Virus record (IMG/VR): IMGVR_UViG_3300028558_000016
Location: 248,001 to 312,000 of that record
DNA length: 64,000 nucleotides
Reading direction: 5' to 3' (one strand)
The notes beneath the pieces are model-generated. The model was not told where the DNA came from, ran no database searches, and saw nothing but the letters and a program-made list of their open reading frames with translations. The position numbers and the translations under genes were made by a program. Of this stretch, positions 1-9,239 are shown piece after piece (positions within the stretch are counted from its first letter, which is position 1; each line of letters begins with the position of its first letter).

Positions 1-138
1 TTTGAATGTGGAAGACTTAGTGAATCCATGACTAAGTTATTAGATGAAAGAGCAGACTCTGGACAGATGAATGCCATCAGTAAAAATTGTGATGGTTATG
101 GAATTCATAATACAGATCATATAAAAGCAGCCAATTAG
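1..138 (+). CDS. 3' end of a gene running in from the left edge (partial)
   Basis: Frame 1 is open from base 1 (FECGRLSES...HIKAAN) to TAG at 136-138. Confidence 0.6.
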   Translation, partial: FECGRLSESMTKLLDERADSGQMNAISKNCDGYGIHNTDHIKAAN

Positions 139-167
139 TCCATTTGGAAGATTTCCGCCTGGAAATT

Positions 168-192
168 TAACTTATTGATTATCAACAAGTTA
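168..192. promoter_or_regulatory. 25-bp palindromic operator-like site, copy 1
   Basis: taact-ta-ttga-tta-tcaa-ca-agtta; near-identical copies at 52687 and 55251. Confidence 0.6.
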
Positions 193-242
193 CGCATTAT
201 TCCACCAATTTTGATGAAATTATTTTTCTATATGGAACATAT

Positions 243-259
243 TTAGTAATTTTACATTG
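243..259 (+). promoter_or_regulatory. Putative early/host-RNAP promoter (-7-like element)
   Basis: ttagtaattttacattg; same motif at 52741, 55320, 59309 and 50244 (minus); resembles Bacteroidota TAnnTTTG. Confidence 0.55.
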
Positions 260-319
260 TTAAAGGAAAACAAATAACCTTAAAAATAAACAAAGTAAAA
301 ATTAAAAAACAAAAAAGCC

Positions 320-958
320 ATGAACAACAACAACGACACCAACGAAACAGGAACAGTAGCAACTTCAAACGAAACCGCTGCTTCAACCTCAACCGCAAAA
401 AAGCCAGCTAAGAAAGCTGCAAAAAAACCGCATGTAACAAAACCTGCCGCTAAAAAACCTGCAGCAAAGAAACCTGCTAAAAAAACAGCAAGCAAACCTG
501 CTGCTAAAAAACCGGCAAAAAAAGCTGCTAAGCCAGCTAAAAAAGTAGCTAAAAAACCTGCTGCTAAAAAACCATCAAAAAAATCAGGAAAACGTACAGC
601 CGACAATTTCGATCGTAACTTCGGTCGCATCCGTTTCAACGGTGAGTCATTCTCAAAAGGCCGTGCAGTTCATGCAGTAATCGCTGCTTTTGCTGAAAAG
701 AAAAAACCGACCGCTTCAGCGTTACAAGCTGCATTCCCGGCTGAGTTATTGAAAAACTACGGTATCGTACGCGAAGCTGCAAAAGCACGTCAATACAATG
801 TAAATGGAAAAACCCGTTTCTTTGTTGACAGCGCGGACCTTATCAAAACAAAAGATGGAAAATCTTTTGCAGTGTGTAATCAATTCTCTACTGAGAACAT
901 TAAACCATTCATCAAGCATGCGAAATCTTTAGGTTTCACCATGACTGCTGGAAAATAA
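320..958 (+). CDS. Histone H1-like Lys/Ala/Pro-rich protein fused to a globular putative DNA-binding domain
   Basis: About 65 aa of KKPAAK/KKPAKK repeats, then a folded domain (FNGESFSKGRAVHAVI...AVCNQFSTENIKPFI). Confidence 0.75.
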   Translation: MNNNNDTNETGTVATSNETAASTSTAKKPAKKAAKKPHVTKPAAKKPAAKKPAKKTASKPAAKKPAKKAAKPAKKVAKKPAAKKPSKKSGKRTADNFDRNFGRIRFNGESFSKGRAVHAVIAAFAEKKKPTASALQAAFPAELLKNYGIVREAAKARQYNVNGKTRFFVDSADLIKTKDGKSFAVCNQFSTENIKPFIKHAKSLGFTMTAGK

Positions 959-1029
959 TCAAAACCATCATCAACAAAATCAGAAGCCCAAATGAAAGTT
1001 TGGGCTTCTTTTTTAAATTAAACCCAACC

Positions 1030-1356
1030 ATGAAAAAATTTAAACATCTGAATAGAATTTCCGGAGGATCACTTGGAATGTTCATTCTCAGCATAATTTT
1101 CTTATTCATAACAGTTTCATGCACAAGCGATGAAGCTGGAAATATCTACATAGGTGGAAAACCAAAAGATGCAGAGATCAATCCATTTAAGATCAAATTT
1201 CTGTTCACTAAGGATTGTTGCTCTGTGTATAGTTTTCAAGACGAAGGAACAACACATTACTTTTGTACAAGACCAGGATCCGTTGAAAGCCAGCATCAAG
1301 TTGGAAAAATAACCAAACATGAAATAACAGAAACCTTTAATAAAGAAACGCCATGA
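1030..1356 (+). CDS. Putative lipoprotein (DUF4884-like)
   Basis: Hydrophobic signal ending TVS-C; FLFTKD..VYSFQDEGTTHYF; start moved to ATG 1030. Confidence 0.5.
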   Translation: MKKFKHLNRISGGSLGMFILSIIFLFITVSCTSDEAGNIYIGGKPKDAEINPFKIKFLFTKDCCSVYSFQDEGTTHYFCTRPGSVESQHQVGKITKHEITETFNKETP

Positions 1357-1793
1357 AAAAAATAATAATTTTAATATGTTCATCCTTAGTTGTTGCGACA
1401 ACACTCTCTATCGTTTTTTTCTACTATGGACAAAATTCGGCAAAGCCTGAAATGGAAAAAATCCACAAGGAGCTTGATTCAACAAGAATGGAGCTTTCCA
1501 ATTTTCAGGGTCTGTCATTGGCCAAAACGAGATACATCGATTCTTTGAGCAAAGTGAATTTGCTTCTATCCAAATACAGAGCATTAACTGATGCAATGAC
1601 CTACAGGGATTCAATTAGAAAGCCATTGGAATTTAGGATAGGAGAGAATGTCAGAATGAAAAGAGACTCATCACGCGTTCTCGTGGATGACATAATAGTT
1701 GGTGGAGATAAATTCAGCTATTACATTAAATACATCATTGAGCATAAGGATAAATCATTGGAAACTGTTTCACCTGAAAAATTATACAAATGA
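1353..1793 (+). CDS. Membrane-anchored hypothetical protein with coiled coil
   Basis: N-terminal TM segment; ATGA overlap with upstream gene. Confidence 0.6.
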   Translation: MKKIIILICSSLVVATTLSIVFFYYGQNSAKPEMEKIHKELDSTRMELSNFQGLSLAKTRYIDSLSKVNLLLSKYRALTDAMTYRDSIRKPLEFRIGENVRMKRDSSRVLVDDIIVGGDKFSYYIKYIIEHKDKSLETVSPEKLYK

Positions 1794-2248
1794 AGAAGAT
1801 TTTCTTTTACATAGAAACGTATGTCTCAAATTTTCCGTGCTATTTAGCTCATGAAATTTCGCACATTATTTTCGTGTTCATATTTTGGATATTTGGGATT
1901 AATTCATTTCCAAAAATGATATGGAAAAGAAAAGCAAGCATGACAATAAACAAAGATCTAACAACTTCAATGCAATCTACATATTTGTTTGTTCAATACA
2001 CGAGTTATTTTAAAAATAGAATTCCACTTCTTATTGTAAGTGCTTCTCCAGCATTATTGACTATTTTACTTTTTATATTTTCTCCATGGTACATGTACCT
2101 ATATTATATCGCTAACATAAACACGTTGTGGATGTCCGTTGGTGATACAGTGAAATGCCAAGAAATATTCATTGCATATAGAAGAGCCATCAGGATTCGT
2201 TGGCATTCTGGGCACACCATCGTAGGCAGAATATTTTCTACGAAATAA
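1790..2248 (+). CDS. Membrane zincin-like metalloprotease
   Basis: HEISH (HExxH) within hydrophobic segments; later GD motif. Confidence 0.5.
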   Translation: MKKIFFYIETYVSNFPCYLAHEISHIIFVFIFWIFGINSFPKMIWKRKASMTINKDLTTSMQSTYLFVQYTSYFKNRIPLLIVSASPALLTILLFIFSPWYMYLYYIANINTLWMSVGDTVKCQEIFIAYRRAIRIRWHSGHTIVGRIFSTK

Positions 2249-2385
2249 TTTCCATTCTGTGCACATTCTGTGCATATTTTCCATACATCTTATTGAAATT
2301 CAAATGCTTCCAATGGAAGCGTTTTTCTTTTATTCTCGAATATATAGTTATAGAAGTGGCACTCTAAAATTAACTACCATGATCG

Positions 2386-2805
2386 ATGTCAAAGAAATCC
2401 AAGGTATCAAGGTCGGTTGCTGCCAAAAGGAAGTTGAAAGATCATCTTAAGACTCACCTTGGCAAGAATTCTTCTTGTTACTTTACTCCAACGGAGTCAG
2501 TTGCTTGGTATTGGTGGAGAGTCATCAATAAGGCCGCGTTCAAAAACAAACTTCCATATCCAAAAGAAATTGTCATTAGGAAATTAAGAGGAGCATGGGG
2601 AATTTGTGACGGCAAAGCAAGGATGGACATGTGTGTCATAACAATATCGTCAGACATTACAAACAGAAAATTATTCATTGCAACAGTTGCGCATGAAATG
2701 GTTCATCAATGGCAATTCCATTACGCAGCAGGAAACCTACACCACGGATCCAATTTCAGAGATTGGGACGTATACTTTAAAAGAAACTTCGGCATCACTT
2801 TATGA
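2386..2805 (+). CDS. SprT-like zinc metalloprotease
   Basis: INKAAFKNKLP...AHEMVHQWQ...HHGSNF, a typical SprT HExxH plus HG layout. Confidence 0.8.
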   Translation: MSKKSKVSRSVAAKRKLKDHLKTHLGKNSSCYFTPTESVAWYWWRVINKAAFKNKLPYPKEIVIRKLRGAWGICDGKARMDMCVITISSDITNRKLFIATVAHEMVHQWQFHYAAGNLHHGSNFRDWDVYFKRNFGITL

Positions 2806-2996
2806 GGATAGACATAGAAAGAGTTAAGGCTCTGAAAGCAGAGATAGACTTGATAAACGGACATCCACTACATGCCATAGAACTATTTGAAAACGGAGAG
2901 AAGGTAGAAACTGATCCTCAGTTAATAGATGCCTTAGAGCACACCTCCTTAAACAATTACAACATAATCTTATCCAGGTTCTTTATTAAGCCATAA
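2802..2996 (+). CDS. Hypothetical protein
   Basis: ATGA-coupled ORF in operon. Confidence 0.55.
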   Translation: MRIDIERVKALKAEIDLINGHPLHAIELFENGEKVETDPQLIDALEHTSLNNYNIILSRFFIKP

Positions 2997-3029
2997 GGAA
3001 CAATTTCTGATGCTTATTATAGAATAGGC

Positions 3030-4700
3030 ATGGCAAATATTGATAAGATCACATCGAGCAGCACGGCAGAATACTTCTCAAAGAACCTTCAACAGGTGGG
3101 ATTCTCATCTCACACTAAAGCAGTTTTGACTGTTGTTAAGGAATCTGTAGATAATTCTCTTGATGCCTGCGAAGAAGCTGGAATACTTCCAAACATCAAC
3201 GTCATCATCGAAAAGATGGGACCTGGAACATTAACTGGTTCGGACCAAATTCGTGTTCGAGTGGAAGATAATGGTCCTGGAATAAATCAAGAAGACATTC
3301 AAAAAGTTTTCGGAGAATATCTTTCGTCATCCAAATTCGGAAGAGGTAGATGTTCGAGAGGGCAACAAGGTATAGGAATCTCTGCAGCAACCACATGGGC
3401 CCAATTGACTAATGCGATGGGCGTAAGAGTAATCACAAAAAGGAAAGAGAATAATAAAGCCATAAAATGCCTCGTTGAAGTTGACATCAAAAATAACAAG
3501 GGTGTTATCAAAGATAAGGAGTCAATAACATGGAATAAACCTCATGGCACTTGTGTTGAGTTTATATTTGACGGAAGAATACAAGCCAACGGAGAACTTG
3601 GTTTAATAAACTACCTAACAGGAACCGCACTTGTGAATCCACACATGTCCATGGATTATAAGATCTTTGGATTTGAACAGAAGGTTCTAACCCGAGTAAG
3701 CAATGACATGCCGGAAATTCCAGAGGCAGTCGAACCACATCCACACACTTTAAAACTTGGTGAATTCATAGCGCACTCACACATGTATGGGAAAACTAAA
3801 GTAGACCATTGGTTGAAAAAAGGTTTCTCCAGAATAAACGAAGGCACTCTTAAAGACATTGCTAAGCATGGAGGAAAGGGAATGATGACAAAACAAGTCG
3901 ATAGCTTAAATGATGTCGAACTTAAAACTCTATTTAAAGCAATACAAGATACAAAGCTAATGGCTCCGATGACAAAGAGCGTAATGTCGATTGGAGAGGA
4001 AGCATTTTCAAAAAGCATGAAGAGACTTGGAACAGTAAATTTCTTTTCCATAGTTTCAAGAACTCCTTGCGTATGTGATTTTAAACCAGTTCTTGTGGAA
4101 GTTGCAATTGCTCGTGTGTCAGATGGTGGACCTGAAGATTCATCCGCTCAAGTTCTAAGATTTGCAAACAGAGTTCCTCTTCAGTTTGATAAGTCGTCTT
4201 GCGCAATAGTCAAATCAATTGAGAGCGTAAATTGGAAAGCATACGGATTAAACCAACCAAAGAATTCTCTTCCATTAGGACCATACATCATAGCAGTTTC
4301 AGTTGTTTCTCCTTTCATCAAGTTTAAAAATGCTTCTAAAGAAACAATCGATGCATCAGATGAATTAGTGGAAGAAATAAGAAAAGCATTAATACAAGCA
4401 GGGCAGAGATTATCAAAACACATCAAACATGAGGATAAGGCAGCAGAGCTTGAAAAGAAGTTAAGACACATCGAACAGTTCTGTCCAATATTATTAAATG
4501 GATTGTGTCATATAACAAATGCTTCCAAGACAAGAAGAAATCAAGCAGAAAAAGGTCTTGCCAATCTTCTTGGAAGAGATGCAAAATCGACAAAGCTCGA
4601 ACTTGATCAAGCAACAAAAAGCTTAAACAAGGCTAAAGAAAAAGGAACCATCCAAAATAAAGAAAAAGGATTGGACGAAATAATGGATGATTTAATTTAA
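3030..4700 (+). CDS. top6B: DNA topoisomerase VI subunit B
   Basis: EYFSKNLQQVGF; GHKL motifs KESVDNSLDA, VEDNGPG, SSKF...RGQQGIGIS, HGT; transducer LRFANRVPL and FKNASKE. Confidence 0.93.
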   Translation: MANIDKITSSSTAEYFSKNLQQVGFSSHTKAVLTVVKESVDNSLDACEEAGILPNINVIIEKMGPGTLTGSDQIRVRVEDNGPGINQEDIQKVFGEYLSSSKFGRGRCSRGQQGIGISAATTWAQLTNAMGVRVITKRKENNKAIKCLVEVDIKNNKGVIKDKESITWNKPHGTCVEFIFDGRIQANGELGLINYLTGTALVNPHMSMDYKIFGFEQKVLTRVSNDMPEIPEAVEPHPHTLKLGEFIAHSHMYGKTKVDHWLKKGFSRINEGTLKDIAKHGGKGMMTKQVDSLNDVELKTLFKAIQDTKLMAPMTKSVMSIGEEAFSKSMKRLGTVNFFSIVSRTPCVCDFKPVLVEVAIARVSDGGPEDSSAQVLRFANRVPLQFDKSSCAIVKSIESVNWKAYGLNQPKNSLPLGPYIIAVSVVSPFIKFKNASKETIDASDELVEEIRKALIQAGQRLSKHIKHEDKAAELEKKLRHIEQFCPILLNGLCHITNASKTRRNQAEKGLANLLGRDAKSTKLELDQATKSLNKAKEKGTIQNKEKGLDEIMDDLI

Positions 4701-4704
4701 AACA

Positions 4705-5856
4705 ATGGCAAAAAATAACGACATATCAAAACTAAGCAAGGACATTTGCGAAAGACTTTTGTCAGACTTGGAAAATTCTAAGAGACCAACATTGAAAGCA
4801 ACAAAGTGTTCTTTGGACAATGCTGTGTATGATTTCAAAAAGGGATATTTGACGGCTGGACCAAAGAAAGTAATAACGGAATTGAATGTTAGCTCGGTCA
4901 AGAAGATGGCAAGAACTATATTTGTTCTTAAGATCATTTTAAGAAACATAGAGGTTGGAGCGGTCAACACTAAACGTGAGATTTATTACATCTGCAAAGG
5001 TGAAATAAAACATGATCCTTCGTTGAAACCAATAAACTTTGAAGACCAAAGCGAGTCAGACGAAATAATAGATTTCATTTGTGAGTTATTGGAATGTTAC
5101 AGAGAAGAATTGAATTGCTTCGCCAACGATAGAGGTGGACAAACATATTCGCAAAACCTAATTGTGACCGAAACATTAAATGACGGAACAATTGCAACCA
5201 TAGATCTTTCCAAATTAGGAACAACTCCTTTTCAACCTAAAAACAGACCTCAAAGCTTAAAGCTATCTTCTAACGCAGGAAAGAAGAAACCTGATTTCTG
5301 TTTGATAGTTGAGTCAGAAGGTACTGCCAACACGCTCGTGTCAAACGGTTTCACCAAAAGGAATAATTGCATTTTGTTAGGTGCTCAAGGAGTTCCATCA
5401 AATGCAGTAAGAGGTTGGTGCAAGCTTATACAGGATGATCTTAAAATTCCATTATATTTCTTTGGTGACCTTGACGCATACACCATGCAAAACATTTTCA
5501 GAACGTTGAAAGCCGGATCAGCATCAAGCATTTTAAGGAATGCAGATTTCTCTGCACCCGACGTTAAGTTCCTTGGTGTTCTTCCTAAGGACATAAAGAA
5601 ATACGATCTCAATGATTACCCGGTAAAGACAAGCGATGCTCAGGAAGTAAGAGCTTTGAAGAAAGCTGCTGATGCTTTGAAAAATGATCCTTTCTTTCAA
5701 GACAAGAACAACAAGGGGTTAACTGAGGTGTTGAAATGGTTATTAGTCAATAAGAGACGTTGCGAGCAACAATCTTTCTTCAGTGTTAATCCCAAGGATC
5801 CTATAATGCCAGAGAAGATAATTCTTGACAAGATAAAGAATGGGGATTTCTTATAA
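4705..5856 (+). CDS. top6A: DNA topoisomerase VI subunit A (Spo11-like)
   Basis: TKREIYY catalytic Tyr motif, Toprim VESEG and GDLD, C-terminal CEQQ; immediately after top6B. Confidence 0.9.
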   Translation: MAKNNDISKLSKDICERLLSDLENSKRPTLKATKCSLDNAVYDFKKGYLTAGPKKVITELNVSSVKKMARTIFVLKIILRNIEVGAVNTKREIYYICKGEIKHDPSLKPINFEDQSESDEIIDFICELLECYREELNCFANDRGGQTYSQNLIVTETLNDGTIATIDLSKLGTTPFQPKNRPQSLKLSSNAGKKKPDFCLIVESEGTANTLVSNGFTKRNNCILLGAQGVPSNAVRGWCKLIQDDLKIPLYFFGDLDAYTMQNIFRTLKAGSASSILRNADFSAPDVKFLGVLPKDIKKYDLNDYPVKTSDAQEVRALKKAADALKNDPFFQDKNNKGLTEVLKWLLVNKRRCEQQSFFSVNPKDPIMPEKIILDKIKNGDFL

Positions 5857-5917
5857 ACCGAAACTTTGCAAAATCTAACTTATAGAATGATTAAACAATC
5901 TAATACAGATATAAACC

Positions 5918-6715
5918 ATGAGCACAACAACGACAAAAACTAAGAAACAAGTTGCAACATTTAAGATCAAATCACCGAACAATTTCATTTCATTCTTAAA
6001 ACGTTTCTCTCCAATAGAGAAATCACTGTTGCTTGAATTAGCAGAAGATCCTAAGACTCCAGGCACCTATGCAATGGTGGCCAAGTCACATACACCAGAC
6101 AGATCAACAATAAAATACTCTAAGCTTCCATTAACTGAAGTTCTCGAGGGGACAGTGCCTGCAAAGAACTTAAAGGTTGCTTTGCTCGACATCAATAAGG
6201 TAGTAAACGTGTTTAGACATTTCAACGATGGTGATGAGATATTTCTCGACATCTCTTACGATGATGTTAATGATGATACATTTGCTTTCAGTTTAAAATT
6301 CTACACGAAATCATTGAAGATTAATTTGACCTGTGCTGATCCAATTCAGTTCACACATATTTCGGCTGAAGCATTAAAGAGAATTGTGAAGTCTGTGGAT
6401 GATGAAAAGATCCTCGAATTCCCTTTCCCTAAAGAAGCATTCTCGAAAATAAATTCTCTTTGCGGAATTGATGCTGGGGATGATTTACTCAAAATCAAAG
6501 TAACAGCAGAAGGTGAAGTGTTCTTCACAAGCAAATCATTCGAGTATCACATCCTCGATGTACCTGCTGGAAAAGAAGCTAACATGGCATTCTACAACAG
6601 CCAATTCGCTTTCATCGACCAAGAGGTTTCTGCTTTTCACTTAAGCCAAAACAAGTTACTCGTTAAATCAACTGATTCAAACACGATGATCATCGTTGGT
6701 AGAATCGAAAGATAA
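5918..6715 (+). CDS. DNA sliding clamp (T4 gp45-like)
   Basis: 265 aa, FLKRFSPIEKSLL start, two-domain clamp-like pattern, replication-module context. Confidence 0.65.
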   Translation: MSTTTTKTKKQVATFKIKSPNNFISFLKRFSPIEKSLLLELAEDPKTPGTYAMVAKSHTPDRSTIKYSKLPLTEVLEGTVPAKNLKVALLDINKVVNVFRHFNDGDEIFLDISYDDVNDDTFAFSLKFYTKSLKINLTCADPIQFTHISAEALKRIVKSVDDEKILEFPFPKEAFSKINSLCGIDAGDDLLKIKVTAEGEVFFTSKSFEYHILDVPAGKEANMAFYNSQFAFIDQEVSAFHLSQNKLLVKSTDSNTMIIVGRIER

Positions 6716-6720
6716 TCACA

Positions 6721-7176
6721 ATGAAAAAAGATTTGTTTGTCATAACTGGACTTTCCTGTTTTGCAAGCACGCAAGCTGACGCAAAAAAATTAACTCAAGA
6801 AATGAGAGTTAAATATAGCGGAAGAAACTGCAAGATGACGTTGAAGCGTGTTGTTGACTTAACTGCTAAAAAGATAGAAGAGTCCTCATACTTCATGCAT
6901 TGCGGAAATACTAACTATGATGGTGTTTCGAGTTTTGATCCTTATGTAAAAGGAATCAAACACATTGGCGAAAGCACTAAAGGAATTCCATTATTCATAT
7001 TGGACTCAGAGCAGATAATAAAGGGAGTCATTGTTGAAATGGAGTACAATGTGAAGAAAGTTGTTGGTAAAAAAACAGAAGATCATTTAGTTCCTGTTAA
7101 GGTAGTAAAAATAATAGGATACATGAATGTGGAAAAAGCGCAAAAAACAAAAGATAAAATAACGCCTCTATTTTAG
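6721..7176 (+). CDS. Hypothetical protein
   Basis: Co-oriented ORF, tight spacing. Confidence 0.6.
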   Translation: MKKDLFVITGLSCFASTQADAKKLTQEMRVKYSGRNCKMTLKRVVDLTAKKIEESSYFMHCGNTNYDGVSSFDPYVKGIKHIGESTKGIPLFILDSEQIIKGVIVEMEYNVKKVVGKKTEDHLVPVKVVKIIGYMNVEKAQKTKDKITPLF

Positions 7177-7177
7177 T

Positions 7178-7483
7178 ATGGACGAATTTCAAACAAGACA
7201 ATTTTGGAAAATGAAACCACAAGACATAAAACCAATAACATACAGACATCTTAAAGAATTATTAAATTCTTTGGATGAGTCACATTTAGATCACCCAGTT
7301 AGATGGGGAGGTGACAACACCAGTGGATTAATAACTGGAACTTGGCTGGTCGAAGAAGACCAAATAAATCCGTCAGGAGATGGTTGGGAGCCTAAATCAG
7401 CTTACAAAGATGATCCAGATTTTGATGTGACCGATGAACCTGTTGTTTGTCCGAGCGGATCTTTGATTTTGCTATGTGAGTAA
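7178..7483 (+). CDS. Hypothetical protein
   Basis: Co-oriented ORF, tight spacing. Confidence 0.6.
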   Translation: MDEFQTRQFWKMKPQDIKPITYRHLKELLNSLDESHLDHPVRWGGDNTSGLITGTWLVEEDQINPSGDGWEPKSAYKDDPDFDVTDEPVVCPSGSLILLCE

Positions 7484-7669
7484 ATGGGAAATTTTATGAT
7501 ACCTGTTTGTTGTGTTTGTGGAAAATCAGCTCCTCATTGGCATAACAGTGAATGGGAAAAAGCTGGTGGGCTTCAGGATTTTTGTCCTGAACATGTCAAA
7601 CTCATAAAAACAGTTCACGGAGAATTTGAAGAATATGTAGTGAATCATTTAGAAAAAGCCGTTCATTGA
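7484..7669 (+). CDS. Small putative zinc-binding protein
   Basis: CCVC...HW...CPEH. Confidence 0.5.
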   Translation: MGNFMIPVCCVCGKSAPHWHNSEWEKAGGLQDFCPEHVKLIKTVHGEFEEYVVNHLEKAVH

Positions 7670-7681
7670 GCGGCTTTTTTT
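7653..7681 (+). terminator. Intrinsic terminator
   Basis: aaaaagccg-ttcattgag-cggcttttt followed by a T run. Confidence 0.8.
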
Positions 7682-7729
7682 ATTTTAAACAATTTCGAAA
7701 CTTCGAATCTCTCACAACATAAAACATAC

Positions 7730-8944
7730 ATGAGCTTTCAATATACACAAATAGATCCAGAAACAGCTACCCCGGAAGAAATTAAGGCCGAGATAGACAG
7801 GATGAAACAACTTTCCAATGAGTGGAAAAACGAAGAACAAGCAGTAAAAATCTTAATTAATTCCATGTATGGTGCTCTTGGAAATAAGTGGCTCGTATGT
7901 TTCAACCCAGACGTTGCTGAGACCGTAACACATCAAGGACAAAACTTCTTCATGCTTGCGGAAAAATCTATAAATCATTATTTCCAAAACATGTGGGTTA
8001 AGGATACAGAGCTTCATGCAAAGCTTGGAATTGTTGGAGAAGTAAAACCCGTAAAAAAACCTGTTGTAATTGCTGGAGACACTGATAGCTGTTATGTTTG
8101 TTGGGACGAAGTAGTGGAGTCTTTCGATTGGGAAGCATCCAATGTTGAAGGTGGACCTCATGGACTCATATTGAAAATAAATGAATTCCGATTTGCTAAC
8201 TTCTTAAACACCGTGTTTGACAGATATGCAGCAAGAGAGAAAACAAAGAACTATCAAGATTTTGAACTCGAGAATATTTCTGAATCTGCTATATGGCTTG
8301 CAAAGAAGAAGTACTTATTGAATGTTGTATGGCAAGATGGAATTGACATCAATACTCTTACTCAGATCACATTCAAGGGAGTTGAATTAGCACAATCATC
8401 AACTCCTGAATTTGCGAGAGAGAAATTAAAAGATCTCGTTAAGTTCGTATTCACAAATAAGAAAGGGTTGAAGCTTAACGACATCATCGGTCTATTAAAA
8501 AAATATAAAGAAGAATTCAAGATAGCTGATCCTCAGAAAGTTTCCATGGGTAGAGGAATAACTGATTATAGCAAATACATTTTGAATGACTCAACTAAAT
8601 TTGAGGTGGCAAGCAAATGTCCAATTCACGTTAGGGCTGCAGGATATTACAATTATTTGCTTAACCAAAATCCAAAATTAAAAAGCAAGTACGAAGTAAT
8701 AAAGGCTGGTGACAAGATTAAATTCTTCCACGCTAAGACAAAGGGATGGTCCGAGAATTTAGCGAGCAACGAAGAGGATGTATTCGCATTTCTTCCAGGA
8801 TCTTTTCCTGTGGAGTTTGCTCCTCCAATTGATTATGATAATCAATTCACTAAAACTATCATTGACCCAATAAATAGGATCACCTCAGCAATGGGACTTC
8901 CAGATATTGGCCCGAATTTATTTATTGCGCATGCGCTTTTCTAA
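7730..8944 (+). CDS. polB: Family B DNA polymerase, C-terminal subunit of a split enzyme (fingers, palm and thumb)
   Basis: KILINSMYG (motif B) near the N-terminus, AGDTDS (motif C), AKKKY, KGVE; no exonuclease domain or motif A. Confidence 0.9.
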   Translation: MSFQYTQIDPETATPEEIKAEIDRMKQLSNEWKNEEQAVKILINSMYGALGNKWLVCFNPDVAETVTHQGQNFFMLAEKSINHYFQNMWVKDTELHAKLGIVGEVKPVKKPVVIAGDTDSCYVCWDEVVESFDWEASNVEGGPHGLILKINEFRFANFLNTVFDRYAAREKTKNYQDFELENISESAIWLAKKKYLLNVVWQDGIDINTLTQITFKGVELAQSSTPEFAREKLKDLVKFVFTNKKGLKLNDIIGLLKKYKEEFKIADPQKVSMGRGITDYSKYILNDSTKFEVASKCPIHVRAAGYYNYLLNQNPKLKSKYEVIKAGDKIKFFHAKTKGWSENLASNEEDVFAFLPGSFPVEFAPPIDYDNQFTKTIIDPINRITSAMGLPDIGPNLFIAHALF

Positions 8945-9239
8945 AAAATTAATTGATTGGATAACGAAGACCGTTTTAGAAACGAGAGGTGCGTCATTTC
9001 GTTACAACATCAATTACGCGAACAGCTTGATGAAACGAGTTGACCGATTGATTGAGGAAGAATATGCCCTAAACCTTCCAGGAGGAACAACATACAGTTG
9101 GCACATCAAGCATTCGTTGATGAGTGTTAGGTTTGCCATAATGAATGGCACTCTTAGCACTGACCTAATTGGAGACAGATTGGACCAGCTCTCAGACAGA
9201 ATAGATGAAGCAACAGAATTATTTAAAAGAGGAAGATAA
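8931..9239 (+). CDS. Hypothetical helical protein
   Basis: ORF overlapping the polB end; start moved to ATG 8931. Confidence 0.55.
   Translation: MRFSKKLIDWITKTVLETRGASFRYNINYANSLMKRVDRLIEEEYALNLPGGTTYSWHIKHSLMSVRFAIMNGTLSTDLIGDRLDQLSDRIDEATELFKRGR

Noticed and set aside
280-639. Hydrophobic minus-strand ORF (FLAAGF repeats)
   Set aside because: Antisense shadow of the Lys/Ala/Pro repeats in 320..958.
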